Shown: piece by piece, positions 32,951 to 43,386 of the stretch
Numbering within the stretch: position 1 is the stretch's first letter
Layout: each line of letters begins with the position of its first letter
Source of the DNA: Andalucia godoyi And28
Taxonomy: Eukaryota; Protista; Jakobida
Reading direction: 5' to 3'
DNA: 64,000 nucleotides
Assembly: GCA_009859145.1 (NCBI GenBank)
Contig: VRVR01000027.1
Span: 195,974 to 259,973, forward strand
Translations under genes and position numbers: made by a program
The notes under the pieces: model-generated
The model's input: only the letters and a program-made list of their open reading frames with translations
Database searches by the model: none
What the model was told of the DNA's origin: nothing

Positions 32951-33203
32951 AGCCTACGGGCCACGAGCTACGGACCGAGGACTGCTCTTACAAGTAAAAC
33001 GAATCCGGCTCGACTCACATCCATTCTTGCAGAGCCCCAGATTGATGCCACCGTGTAACCATTGAGTAACCAGCCTTTGTGTGTATCGTCGTCCACGACT
33101 AACCTTCGGACTGGCTCCCGCTCCCCGTTATTAAAGCGAACCGCCTTCGTTATCTTTTTTGCTTTTTGACTTTTCATTTTTTGTTTTGTAATTGTTCGAG
33201 CAA

Positions 33204-33716
33204 ATGAACTTCAGTGTCCTGCTGAGCTGCCTCTGCGTCGCGCTCGTCCTTGTGGGAGTTTCGCATGGGGCCAAGCCGACAACCTCCAGTGCTCTGCTTG
33301 CAGACATCTGTGGAAATCCGTACTGCGGAGGTCCTTACAACTCCTCATCTGGAACTGTTGGCTCGTGGAGTTTGACCAATGTTGCGTGTGCAGGCACTTC
33401 CGTTTCGTACGCTGGGGTGTACCTGGATGTCATAGGTCTTTCACTGACCTGCCAGGACAGTATCAATTTGTGCTACGTGGGCCCGTTGTTTCCCATCGGG
33501 TCTAGTTCTCTTTCTGTCTCGTATACGGCCAGCTTTGGGTCCCCAGAATTCTTCACTTTGATGAATGGAGCAACTCATAACGCGAGTCGCGGGATGACCA
33601 GCACTGTGAAATGCGACAACGGCCCACCGCCATCATCCGATGCCCTTGCTCCTCGTCTCATGCCCAGTGTGTTGGCCCTGGTTTTTGGTTTTGTTTTCCT
33701 TGCTGCATACATGTAA
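33204..33716 (+). CDS. Small Cys-containing secreted, probably GPI-anchored protein, about 170 aa
   Basis: Signal peptide MNFSVLLSCLCVALVLVGVSHG; C-terminal SSDALAPRLMPSVLALVFGFVFLAAYM. Confidence 0.75.
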   Translation: MNFSVLLSCLCVALVLVGVSHGAKPTTSSALLADICGNPYCGGPYNSSSGTVGSWSLTNVACAGTSVSYAGVYLDVIGLSLTCQDSINLCYVGPLFPIGSSSLSVSYTASFGSPEFFTLMNGATHNASRGMTSTVKCDNGPPPSSDALAPRLMPSVLALVFGFVFLAAYM

Positions 33717-35864
33717 ACGAAGACCGTAACTACTCTCAGTAGCATTCTGGATTCCAAACACACACAGGTCGTGCGAACTGATTGTATGCCTTCGTCCACA
33801 GTTCCAAAACCTGCATCGGCCTTGTGTCTGATTATCACGTGGGCTGATCCAGTTGTTTTTGATGCTCCTCGCTTACTCCTTTGCTGTCCTGAACATGGAG
33901 GCGAAGTGGAAAGAAAGTTTCTGTGATTTTAACAGGCCGCCCATTTCCTTCCATCTTCCCAAGTCATGTTTAGTTCCGGAGAATGACATCAACCAGCTAG
34001 GGAACCTTGAGAAGTAGATAGACCCATTTTGCTTCCTTCTATTTTGCATGAAGGCTTTTACGGTACATAGTGCAGAACAGTTGGTTAGCAACAACAGTCG
34101 TCTGTCAACGCGCAGTCGTAGGAACAGGGGGCTTCAAATTCATTTTGTTCGCAAAGCAGAAGTCTGCAGCGGTACGACGTGACTGGCGCGGATTTGCCCC
34201 CACGTGTTGTTCCGAAAGAGATTTTGTTTCCAAGTTGAACGTCTAGATTTCATTTTCAGGTTTTCTGTTTCTTCTTTTTTAAGGAAGTTTTTTTCACTGG
34301 TTTGATCTGCTCATGTCGACCAACCTTGATATTGCGCGACTTTCGCCTATCCTGGTTTCTTTCCATTTTAAACAAAGGAAATTCTTTTAGCTTACAGGAG
34401 AACGCTCTTCTCAATGTGCTCTGCGACCCATTACAAAGCAACACACGAATGCTAAAAGAAATTAGAAGAAGTCGTGAAGCAATCGTACTTCTGTACTTGG
34501 ATTACAGAGCCTGATTCAAGCTGTTTTGGAGAAAGGAGTGGTTGAGGGGGTTTCAAGGAGTACCTCCAATCCACCTTGTTCTTTGATTTCTTTAGCTGCA
34601 TCTGGTCAGACACTTTCTCAGGATCATCGAACAGCACTTGATCAGAGTCATCGCATTCTGGCATCTAGACAGCGCTATCTGCACGCACCTGTCTCTTTAA
34701 GATCGGAGGACCCTTCTGACAGTATTCTAGACAGGTTATCCGAATACAGCAGCAGTGAGATGTATGGATACCGTTAGGGCGAATCGAACGACGTTCTTAT
34801 GCAGATTGTGGGATTCCTGTAGTTCAACAGAACCGAGATTCTCCGAAAACTGTCGAGTTTGATGCGAAATCAAGGCTCTAAGGGTGCTTTAGACATGATA
34901 GCAGATTGGCAGGGGTGCCTTCAGCCTATTCCCGCCGAGATTTCGAGTTCTGGTGCGCCGTCAAAGAATCCATCTTTCAAAGCGGAGTCGTCAGGGATCT
35001 TCAGATGAGAACAGCGTGAATGAAACTCCAGATTGAAGCACACATAACGGAAAACGAGAATCTGCATGGCCGTGCAGTTACGATGAAAGTGAGGACGAAG
35101 CAGCACATTTTCATTCCTTGCTCCACTTAGTTTGTGAGTTGGGATATCCTCTGCCCACAAGAAATCTACCTTCAGCTCTACCGATGAATATGAAAAGCAT
35201 TCTTTCCCCCATCATACAGCGAAAGTCGTAAGGATGTTGTTTTAGTAACAAACCCGCACCGAAGAACAATATGTGCACAGCGACCGGGAGCAAATTCTCA
35301 AAAGAGAAAAGATGAGTATTGGAAGACGACGTGCCAAAAACAATAACGCCGACCAATAGAATAATCTGCCGACTGTGCCCGATCCTGCGGTACGAGCAAT
35401 TCCTGCCACGGTGGAAACCTGCATTGCTTTTGCATCGTTTCCACTGCATTTAGCAACGTTATTCAGCGACCCCCATTTCTTTTACTGTCAGAGCATGCAT
35501 GCGCCGGTATCCTCAGTCGCTCCGTTAAGGAGCTCGCCCTTTGCTATCCTAATGACTTCTTTGAAGAGTCTTGCGGCATACATGCAACGTTAAGCCGCAT
35601 ACCGTTCTGCTACAGCTATGTCTGTTGCTCGTTTCTTGATGATCCGAACTCCATACAGACCACCTACATCGCTGCTCGAATGTCGATGACCGTGGTAGTC
35701 AACACCTTGAATACGCAATTACGACAAAAACACACGATTAATGAGACGGACGAGAGGACCTCCATACTCATAGAGCAGCCGTCATTGCAACCATCGTGGG
35801 CAACGAAATCAATCAACGGATTGAAAATGAAACAAAGCGGTGGCGAACGTCAATCTCATTTTTT

Positions 35865-37012
35865 CATAAGCCTGGTCGTCGTGGTCTCCGTCATCTTCAG
35901 TCGCTCCAGCTGTTCAGGAGGACCGGCAGGTCGGACGGGTGTGATCTCGATTTTACATAAGCATGGTCATCTGGGTCTCCATGACCTTCAGTCACTCAGG
36001 CTGTTCAGGAGGACCGGAAGGTCGGACGGAGCTGATTTCGATTTTACATAAGCATGGTCATCTGGGTCTGTGTGACCTTCAGTCGCTCCAGCTGTTCAGG
36101 AGGACCGGCAGGTCGGACGGGTGTGATCTCGATTTTACATAAGCTTTATATAAGCATGGTCATCTGGGTATTCGTCATCTTCAGCTACTCTGGCTGGTCA
36201 GGAGGACCGGCAGGTCGGACGGAGCTGATTTCGATTTTACATAAGCATGGTCATCTGGGTATTCGTCATCTTCAGCTACTCTGGCTGGTCAGGAGGACCG
36301 GCAGGTCGGACGGGTGTGATCTCGATTTTACATAAGCTTTACATAAGCTTGGTCATCTGGGTCTGTGTGACCTTCAGTCACTCAGGCTGTTCAGGAGGAC
36401 CGGAAGGTCGGACGGAGGGAGTATCGATGTTACATAAGCATGGTCATCTGGGTCTGTGTGACCTTCAGTCACTCAGGCTGTTCAGGAGGACCGGAAGGTC
36501 GGACGGGTGTGATCTCGATTTTACATAAGCTTTATATAAGCATGGTCATCTGGGTCTGTGTGACCTTCAGTCACTCAGGCTGTTCAGGAGGACCGGCAGG
36601 TCGGACGGGTGTGATCTCGATTTTACATAAGCTTTATATAAGCATGGTCATCTGGGTCTGTGTGACCTTCAGCTGCTCTGGCTGGTCAGGAGGACCGGCA
36701 GGTCGGACGGAGCTGATTTCGATTTTACATAAGCATGGTCATCTGGGTCTGTGTGACCTTCAGTCACTCAGGCTGTTCAGGAGGACCGGAAGGTCGGACG
36801 GAGCTGATTTCGATTTTACATAAGCTTGGTCATCGTGGTCTCCATGACCTTCAGTCACTCAGGCTGTTCAGGAGGACCGGAAGGTCGGACGGAGCTGATT
36901 TCGATTTTACATAAGCTTGGTCATCTGGGTCTCCATGAGCTTCAGTCACTCAGGCTGTTCAGGAGGACCGGAAGGTCGGCGACGGAGGTGATCTCGATTT
37001 TACATAAGCATG
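35865..37012 (+). repeat. 91-bp tandem array 2 (12 units; four carry an 11-bp duplication, last unit +2 bp)
   Basis: Unit starts 35865, 35956, 36047, 36138(+11), 36240, 36331(+11), 36433, 36524(+11), 36626(+11), 36728, 36819, 36910 and 37003; same family and orientation as array 1. Confidence 0.97.
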
Positions 37013-37355
37013 ATCGTTGCTGTCGTCAGTGTCTTAGCAAAACCGTGTGCGTGATGGTTGGAGAAAACCATCGTTCTATGGGAATACCGACGTCGTTTTT
37101 AATTCTGTGGCTCGCGGTTCGCCCTGAAGGTCCTTGTGTTTCTCCGCAATAAAGGATCATGTGCTGCACCGTTGTAAGGCAATAATTCAAGCGACAGTCA
37201 CGCACAACACCGGACAAAGTTTCGATTCGAAAAGTTGGAAGGAAAGCCTTTTCCCACCATTTTTCCATCGCTAAAATCACGCATTTCTAGACAATCAAAA
37301 TGTATTAGGACGACAGCGATTTTCGTCCCAAACGTTTCAGTGGATCATTGTTAGA

Positions 37356-37826
37356 ATGTCGTCTGTTCGAAACTTCTTTGTTGCCGGATACACAGGTACC
37401 GGTGTTCTATTCCGTACTCAGAATGAGGAATCTAAAGAAATGCCATGCATCAACATCCCCTCCTTCGTGAAACGCAGCTGGGACAACATTGTGAATAATG
37501 GCATCATTGATCGACGCCTTCAGACCCGTGGCGTGTGGATCGCAAGAGAGAAACTGCAGCATGGCACAATCAACGACGCGGACCGGCACCACGAAGACTT
37601 CTGGTCGTGGAGAGAAATTATCGATGCAATTGAAGAAGCAGAAGACCCCGACTGCTTTCCTTCAGAGGATGATCTCGACGGCCTTGACGATCTAAATGAT
37701 GGCGAAGATGACGTGGTTGATGAAGAGGAAGATGAAGAGGAAGAGGAAGAAGAAGAAGAAGAAGAAAAAGGATCCTGTCCCTCACCGAAGCGCATTCGGT
37801 TGACGGAAGATCGTCTCGAAAGGTAA
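37356..37826 (+). CDS. Hypothetical protein with long acidic (D/E) tail and basic terminal motif, 156 aa
   Basis: ATG-initiated; poly-Glu tract followed by PSPKRIR (NLS-like). Confidence 0.55.
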   Translation: MSSVRNFFVAGYTGTGVLFRTQNEESKEMPCINIPSFVKRSWDNIVNNGIIDRRLQTRGVWIAREKLQHGTINDADRHHEDFWSWREIIDAIEEAEDPDCFPSEDDLDGLDDLNDGEDDVVDEEEDEEEEEEEEEEEKGSCPSPKRIRLTEDRLER

Positions 37827-38409
37827 ACAACTTTATCATAATCATTCCTTCTATCATGGTGGGTGCGTGCGAACCGACTGCTTCTGTCCTTCATGTAGGT
37901 ATGATGTTTTCGCTACATAAGAATTTGGCGATCTCAGAAAGTGAGAGAGATACCAATCATCATGGATCACGTCGTTAGCGGTCAGAGGCGCAAACCTACG
38001 GGAGATAAGACAGCGGATGAGACCAAAGGACCAAATTAACGGATGCAGGAATGCTCGACCGGCCACAGAACCTCAGAGGGCGTGAAGAACAGAAGACCCT
38101 TCACCAGACATTCTGACAGGAGTGCAGTCTAGACCTCTCGTCGTCTTCAAGAAGGCCACACACCCAGGGGTTTCTATGTCCAGCAGAGACCTTTCCGTAC
38201 GGTCCCAGAAAGGAGGTCCCCGTTCTGGAGGAAAAGGACGACCTCATAACCTACATACAAAACAAATCGACAGCTCGAAGCAAATGCCTTTCATCGACTC
38301 AAAAATGCAATATCACTCACAGTGCCCCTCCACTCCTGCCAGACTGAATGCAAATGAGAAGAACGTGAAGAATTCTAAAGAAACGACAAATGGGCGAGTT
38401 GATTTGAAC

Positions 38410-39501
38410 ATGAAATCCTGGAAGGACCAGCTTCCAGAAGCCCTCCGTACCCCGCATGAAGACCAGCGAAACAAACGGAGAACGAAGACAACGGATTTCG
38501 ATCTCAAGACCGTGTCGACCTGGACATCTGTCCTCGGATACGTCCGCGTCTCGACGGACATGCAGGAGGCATCGATGGAAAGCCAGACAGCGGCTATCCG
38601 GAAATACGCTGCCGACAGTCTACAGCTTCCAGTGCGTCGCATATACACAGACGAAGGCATCTCAGGAGCGAAAGACGAAACACATCGCCCAGGGCTCGCA
38701 CAGCTCCTTCGGTCCATGCGAAAAGGAGAGATTATTGTCGTCACGGAAGTGAGTCGCCTTGCTCGGAGCATGGACATCGCTGTTCCCCTCCTGCGACAAA
38801 TAGCCCAAGCCGGCTGTCGGTTCATAGAACTTCGAACGAACCTTGACACCTTGGATCCGGCCTCAAAATCATTCTTGATGTTTCATGCGACTTTGGCAGA
38901 AAACGAACGGGAGATGATACGACAACGAGTTAAACGAGGAATGGAACACTGTCGATCCAAAGGATTCGTAATGAGTTGTCCGCCTTACGGGTATAGAGTC
39001 AACCCAGAAACAAGAACACTAGTGCATGACACTGCGACGCGACCCGTCGTCGAACGGATCATCGAAATGCGACGAGAAGGATTCCAGTACGAAAAAATCG
39101 CAGATGCTCTTCCTCTGATGACTGATCTTGGACCTCCAAAGGCACCGCGCGGAGGAGACTACTGGCAACCTCAGACCGTGCGAAACATTTGTGAAAGAGA
39201 ACTGGGAAAGGAACTAGCCGATTCTTGCGGTACGCATACGTGCGCGGATGTTCACGACAGTGACGAAGATGAAAACAGCGTTCAACCAGCTCAGACGGAA
39301 AGCAAAGAGATTAAAAATCCTGATGTCGAGGAATCCGGTACCGAGCTGACGTGCAGCAGGAAAGCAGACCTTGCGCGAAAACCTCTCCCTCTTCTGCGAA
39401 TTCTCGTGCGGAGAAAGAGAATCGAAATTGGGATTTCCGAGGAAGAAGTTGGACTGCTCTCTGCAGACGATTGTGTCGTCCTGTTGACAGAAACTGTATG
39501 A
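38410..39501 (+). CDS. Serine recombinase (resolvase catalytic domain plus recombinase-type DNA-binding extension), about 363 aa; frame open from 38122
   Basis: LGYVRVST (catalytic Ser at 38551), YTDEGISGA, RPGLAQLL, VVTEVSRLARS, AENEREMIRQRVKRG, PPYGY and WQPQTVRNI. Confidence 0.9.
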   Translation: MKSWKDQLPEALRTPHEDQRNKRRTKTTDFDLKTVSTWTSVLGYVRVSTDMQEASMESQTAAIRKYAADSLQLPVRRIYTDEGISGAKDETHRPGLAQLLRSMRKGEIIVVTEVSRLARSMDIAVPLLRQIAQAGCRFIELRTNLDTLDPASKSFLMFHATLAENEREMIRQRVKRGMEHCRSKGFVMSCPPYGYRVNPETRTLVHDTATRPVVERIIEMRREGFQYEKIADALPLMTDLGPPKAPRGGDYWQPQTVRNICERELGKELADSCGTHTCADVHDSDEDENSVQPAQTESKEIKNPDVEESGTELTCSRKADLARKPLPLLRILVRRKRIEIGISEEEVGLLSADDCVVLLTETV

Positions 39502-40240
39502 AAAAAGACGGAGGCAAAAGAGAGAAGTTCGAGTGTTTAGGAGGACATCGATGCAGCAAAGGATAGAGGGAGTGTTCGGAATGTAAATAAGGCCGTGGAC
39601 GCATGAGATACTGATTGAGAGAAGCGCAAAAGGACCCCAGCCGCATCATGCGCTCCAAAGGATATTGCAGAAGACGCAAAATTTCCTGCAAAGATAGCGT
39701 CCGGCTGAAGTCACGGCCATAGAGGCATGGAAACGCCTTAGAGAGACAAAACAGAAAGACGAAAATGACGACGAAGCAGATCTCAAACAAGAGCAGACGT
39801 ACTTTGCGTGGAAAGAAAAGCAGAAACATTATTGCACGATCAGCATCAGAGCAACAGTGAAAAATGAGGTCGAAACAAAACCTTGGAAGCATATCGTTGC
39901 GAATCGACAATCCAGAAAACGACGATCGGCGTCTTGAGTTACGTGACGACACTCCAGCAATATTTCGCGATGAGCTGAACTAAACAGTCTCACGAACATT
40001 CGACAAAAGACAAAAGATAGAAAAGACGATGCATGATTCGGTCAAACGGCTATACGAAGAAAGCACGGCATCATCAATCTGTCCGTCAACCGTAATTACA
40101 CCGCCGCATTTCGGCAGAGCCAAACAGGCGGGAAAAGCAACAGACGGAAATCTCTGCACACCCCCAAACGTACTTCGCTCTGGGACATCGTGCAAGCGAT
40201 TAATAAGGTTGGAGAAGGAGAAGGTCTTTCAATCCAGACC

Positions 40241-40703
40241 TCCCCAGATGTCCCCATATCCCCAGATCAGGACACCCAGAAACAATGAGCAAAGGTTGTG
40301 GAACGAGAGAACCTTCACACCCAGATGTTCCCATATCCCCATATCCCCAGATCCCCAGATCAGGACACCCAGAAACAATGAGCAAAGGTTGTGGAACGAG
40401 AGAACCTTCACACCCAGATGTTCCCATATCCCCAGATGTTCCCATGTCCCCATATCCCCAGATCCCCAGATCAGGACACCCAGAAACAATGAGCAAAGGT
40501 TGTGGAACGAGAGAACCTTCACACCCAGATGTTCCCATATCCCCAGATGTTCCCATATCCCCATATCCCCATATCCCCAGATCAGGACACCCAGAAACAA
40601 TGAGCAAAGGTTGTGGAACGAGAGAACCTTCACACCCAGATGTTCCCATATCCCCATATCCCCATATCCCCAGATCAGGACACCCAGAAACAATGAGCAA
40701 AGG
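40241..40703. repeat. Composite minisatellite, 93/111-bp units built from a constant core plus variable numbers of CCCCATAT/CCCCAGAT micro-units
   Basis: Core GATCAGGACACCCAGAAACAATGAGCAAAGG at 40265, 40358, 40469, 40580 and 40673. Confidence 0.95.
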
Positions 40704-40798
40704 CGTTTCTAAAGAGCATGGCCATAGGAAACTGAACACATGTGCGTCGAGCCGAGCACAACTGGAAATTGCGTGGTGCAGCTGCACCTCAGTCCTGC

Positions 40799-40951
40799 TT
40801 GGTTTGGTTTGGCTTGGCCCGGTTCGGTTTGGTTCAGTCCTGTTTGGCTTGATTCTGTTAGGTTCAATCATGTCCTGTTTCCTCAGTTCGGTCCTTTTCG
40901 CTTCGATCCGCTCCTGTCCACCAGGCACTGCTCGGTCCGGTTCGGTCCGGT
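40799..40951. repeat. Degenerate pentamer microsatellite (GGTTY/CGGTY)
   Basis: ttggtttggtttggcttggcccggttcggtttggttc...cggtccggttcggtccggtc visible directly. Confidence 0.8.
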
Positions 40952-41110
40952 CATGTTCTGTGAGTTGTAGTCGTATTCAACTGCGTTCGGGTTAATGGAA
41001 GCAGAGCGATCGCACTTCGTTTACAGATTAATTTCAGTTTGTTTATTGCATTTGCACAGTCTTCATTTCGAGGATTCCGGAGGACGCGGGTAAGATGTGG
41101 AAAGACGAAG

Positions 41111-41842
41111 TCACCATCTAGGCAGACGTACTTTCTTTCGGATGTTCTCTTGCAATTTCAGCCGTTGTTGTTGTTCTTCAAATTCTCTTCGCCAATTAGG
41201 GCCCTTTTTGCCGTCCAAATCCAAATCCCAATTCACACCAGGGTTGAAAAAAATCCGTTTTTCGTTGTCTGGTATTGTTGACGGGTCGATCTCTTCACAA
41301 ACCCTCTTTCGAGACCGGAGCGAGCTTGTCAGTTGCACGTCCTTACCTGGTGTCGATGATACGGCTTCATCTCCTGATGTAGAGGACATAATTTCCAGAT
41401 CGTCCTCGGCATTTTGCTCCATTTCCATCCATGAATGCGAGAGTTCGTCTGCAGCTTGCACGTCCTCGCCTGTTATCGGCGTTGCAGTTTCTTCCTCCGA
41501 GCCTGTGCTGTCATGTGACGAGGATGAAGAGCCCGAGGAAGGAAAGTTTGTGGATCCCTGATTGCGCCTTTCTTCGCGGCACTGTTCTACAATAGCATTC
41601 CGCTCCTTCTTGTTTCGGCACGTACATGTACGAAGCAGTCGCATTTTCACCTCATCAACTCCGCCAGCCATTTGAAATATGTCATATGGAGGAGAAAGCT
41701 GCAAATCCTCGATTTTGGACATTTGTTTCCATTCCCGACGATATTCTGCCTTTCTCTGAGAAAGCGAGGACGCCGTGCTACCAATGAACCAAGACCCTTT
41801 CCATTCAATGATGAACACCTCGAGCACCGTAGCTTCCGACAT
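41111..41842 (-). CDS. Divergent GIY-YIG-like domain (N-terminal about 95 aa) plus Ser/acidic tail, 243 aa
   Basis: EVFIIEWKGSWFIGSTASSLSQR...LLRTCTCRNKKERNAI aligns with the neighbouring KIYKLV...FFIGSTTCRTLAER...LLEDYPCETKDQLNAR. Confidence 0.55.
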   Translation of the reverse strand: MSEATVLEVFIIEWKGSWFIGSTASSLSQRKAEYRREWKQMSKIEDLQLSPPYDIFQMAGGVDEVKMRLLRTCTCRNKKERNAIVEQCREERRNQGSTNFPSSGSSSSSHDSTGSEEETATPITGEDVQAADELSHSWMEMEQNAEDDLEIMSSTSGDEAVSSTPGKDVQLTSSLRSRKRVCEEIDPSTIPDNEKRIFFNPGVNWDLDLDGKKGPNWRREFEEQQQRLKLQENIRKKVRLPRW

Positions 41843-42685
41843 GGTCTTCTTTTATGTTGTTTACTCTCATTTTTCCGGTCCGTCAATTTGAATTCTTGTA
41901 GGCTCATCCATTTCCTCTAGACCCCTCCGTCATTTTGAGCGCTTGGAGATTCGTGAATCAAAGAGTGTGTTCTGTAATCCACAGTGCCAAAAGATCAGAT
42001 AGTCGGATAGCCGTCGTTGTGTTCTGCAAGATGTGATCATGCTTCTCCTCAGCGTGCGCAAATCGTTTCTGTGCTCCAATGAACCATACGGAACACAGTC
42101 AAGATCGCCCCATTCTTTCGTTTGAGCGCAATCAAGAGAGTCGTCAGCACTCAGCAGTCCCAAATTAGGACGCCATGCAAACAAACATGCTTTCTTGTGC
42201 TCGCGTGGGACTGGTGACCGTGGTGATCGCCTCGGACCCCGGTCACCAATGGAAAAAATTCTGCTTGCATATTCTCTTTTTTTGGTTTGCCCTTCCTTTA
42301 ATCCTCTTGTTAAAACCCAAATTTGCCAAAAGTCCGGTGAAATCAACGATCGTCCCAGAAAACATGGCCTTGTTTTGCTTTGACACGGATTCTGATCGTA
42401 CGCATGCCGACCGCGTGTTGATTGCACCCTTTTGTTCTTCCGCCTGTCATGAAACGCCCCCAGAACTTCGAATGAGACTAGACTTGAGACCAGCACTTTT
42501 TAATCTGAAACACACACGCATAAAAAAGCTCAGAGCACGCCCTCCGCGTATGTCCATCGACACCGAGAATGCCCCGGTTCTTGCATCTCAACATCACTGA
42601 GCAACACGCCTGCAGGACTGACCACGCCGCACCGGATTCACAAAACAAAAAAAAGGGGATTTCACGGTTAAACGCGGGTTAACAT

Positions 42686-43006
42686 TTAAATACTGGGATT
42701 ACCGAGCTCTTTGATCTGGAAAGACACTGGATTTTCGATCCACAATTGTTTTCTTGCATTGAGTTGGTCTTTGGTTTCACAAGGGTAATCTTCGAGAAGA
42801 AAGATATGGCAGTTATCTGGTCCGTGCTGGTCAATGAATTCGGTCGATTTGCATGTTGACCCCTTTCCTTCCTTCCACATTTTGTACATAAATTTGTGAT
42901 GTGACAGTCTTTCAGCCAATGTCCGACAAGTTGTTGATCCAATGAAGAATTGGTCGGGCTTGTTTGCCACCAGTTTGTATATCTTGCTTTGTTGATAGTT
43001 CACCAT
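42686..43006 (-). CDS. GIY-YIG endonuclease-family protein (MVNY..KIY type), 106 aa
   Basis: MVNYQQSKIYKLVANKPDQFFIGSTTCRTLAERLSHH...LLEDYPCETKDQLNARKQLWIEN; true ATG at 43006. The position of the usual catalytic Glu (ARE) reads ARK. Confidence 0.8.
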   Translation of the reverse strand: MVNYQQSKIYKLVANKPDQFFIGSTTCRTLAERLSHHKFMYKMWKEGKGSTCKSTEFIDQHGPDNCHIFLLEDYPCETKDQLNARKQLWIENPVSFQIKELGNPSI

Positions 43007-43386
43007 CTCGTTTCGTCTCAGAAATAAGATACCTTTTTGTATTGTTTTTGGTTTTGTAGAATAGAGCAGGAACCACACCCGTTCTGAAACAACTCAGCAG
43101 TTGCACCATTCGTAAGGTTTAGTCACTTCAAACCTCAATCCCTTAATGCTCGACGATTCCCGGAGAGTATGGAAAGTTGAAAACTTGTGCAACAATTAAG
43201 ATCGAAATGCTCAGCACGTAGAACGCGAGTCATGTCGGGGAAAGAAGCCTCTCGTTTGTAGCGATCCAAATTTAGAGAAACAGGACAGTTGGGGTCCCGA
43301 AAGGCGACCTGTTTGGAGGAACAGATGTCATGATCCGTATCAATAGTGACTCAAGCACACACACCCCTTGTCAAAGAGAACGTGCT

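Noticed and set aside
33870-35600. Decayed gene fragments (e.g. AAKEIKEQGGLEVLLE, armadillo-like) on the minus strand
   Set aside because: Too many stops and no consistent frame to support a call.
35680-37152. Short repetitive ORFs (MVIWVCVTFS...) across arrays 2 and 3 as real proteins
   Set aside because: They are by-products of a 91-bp period that cycles through frames; unit length is not a multiple of 3.
39498-41100. TnpB/Fanzor partner downstream of the serine recombinase
   Set aside because: No long ORF or RuvC/zinc-finger motifs recognised in any frame.
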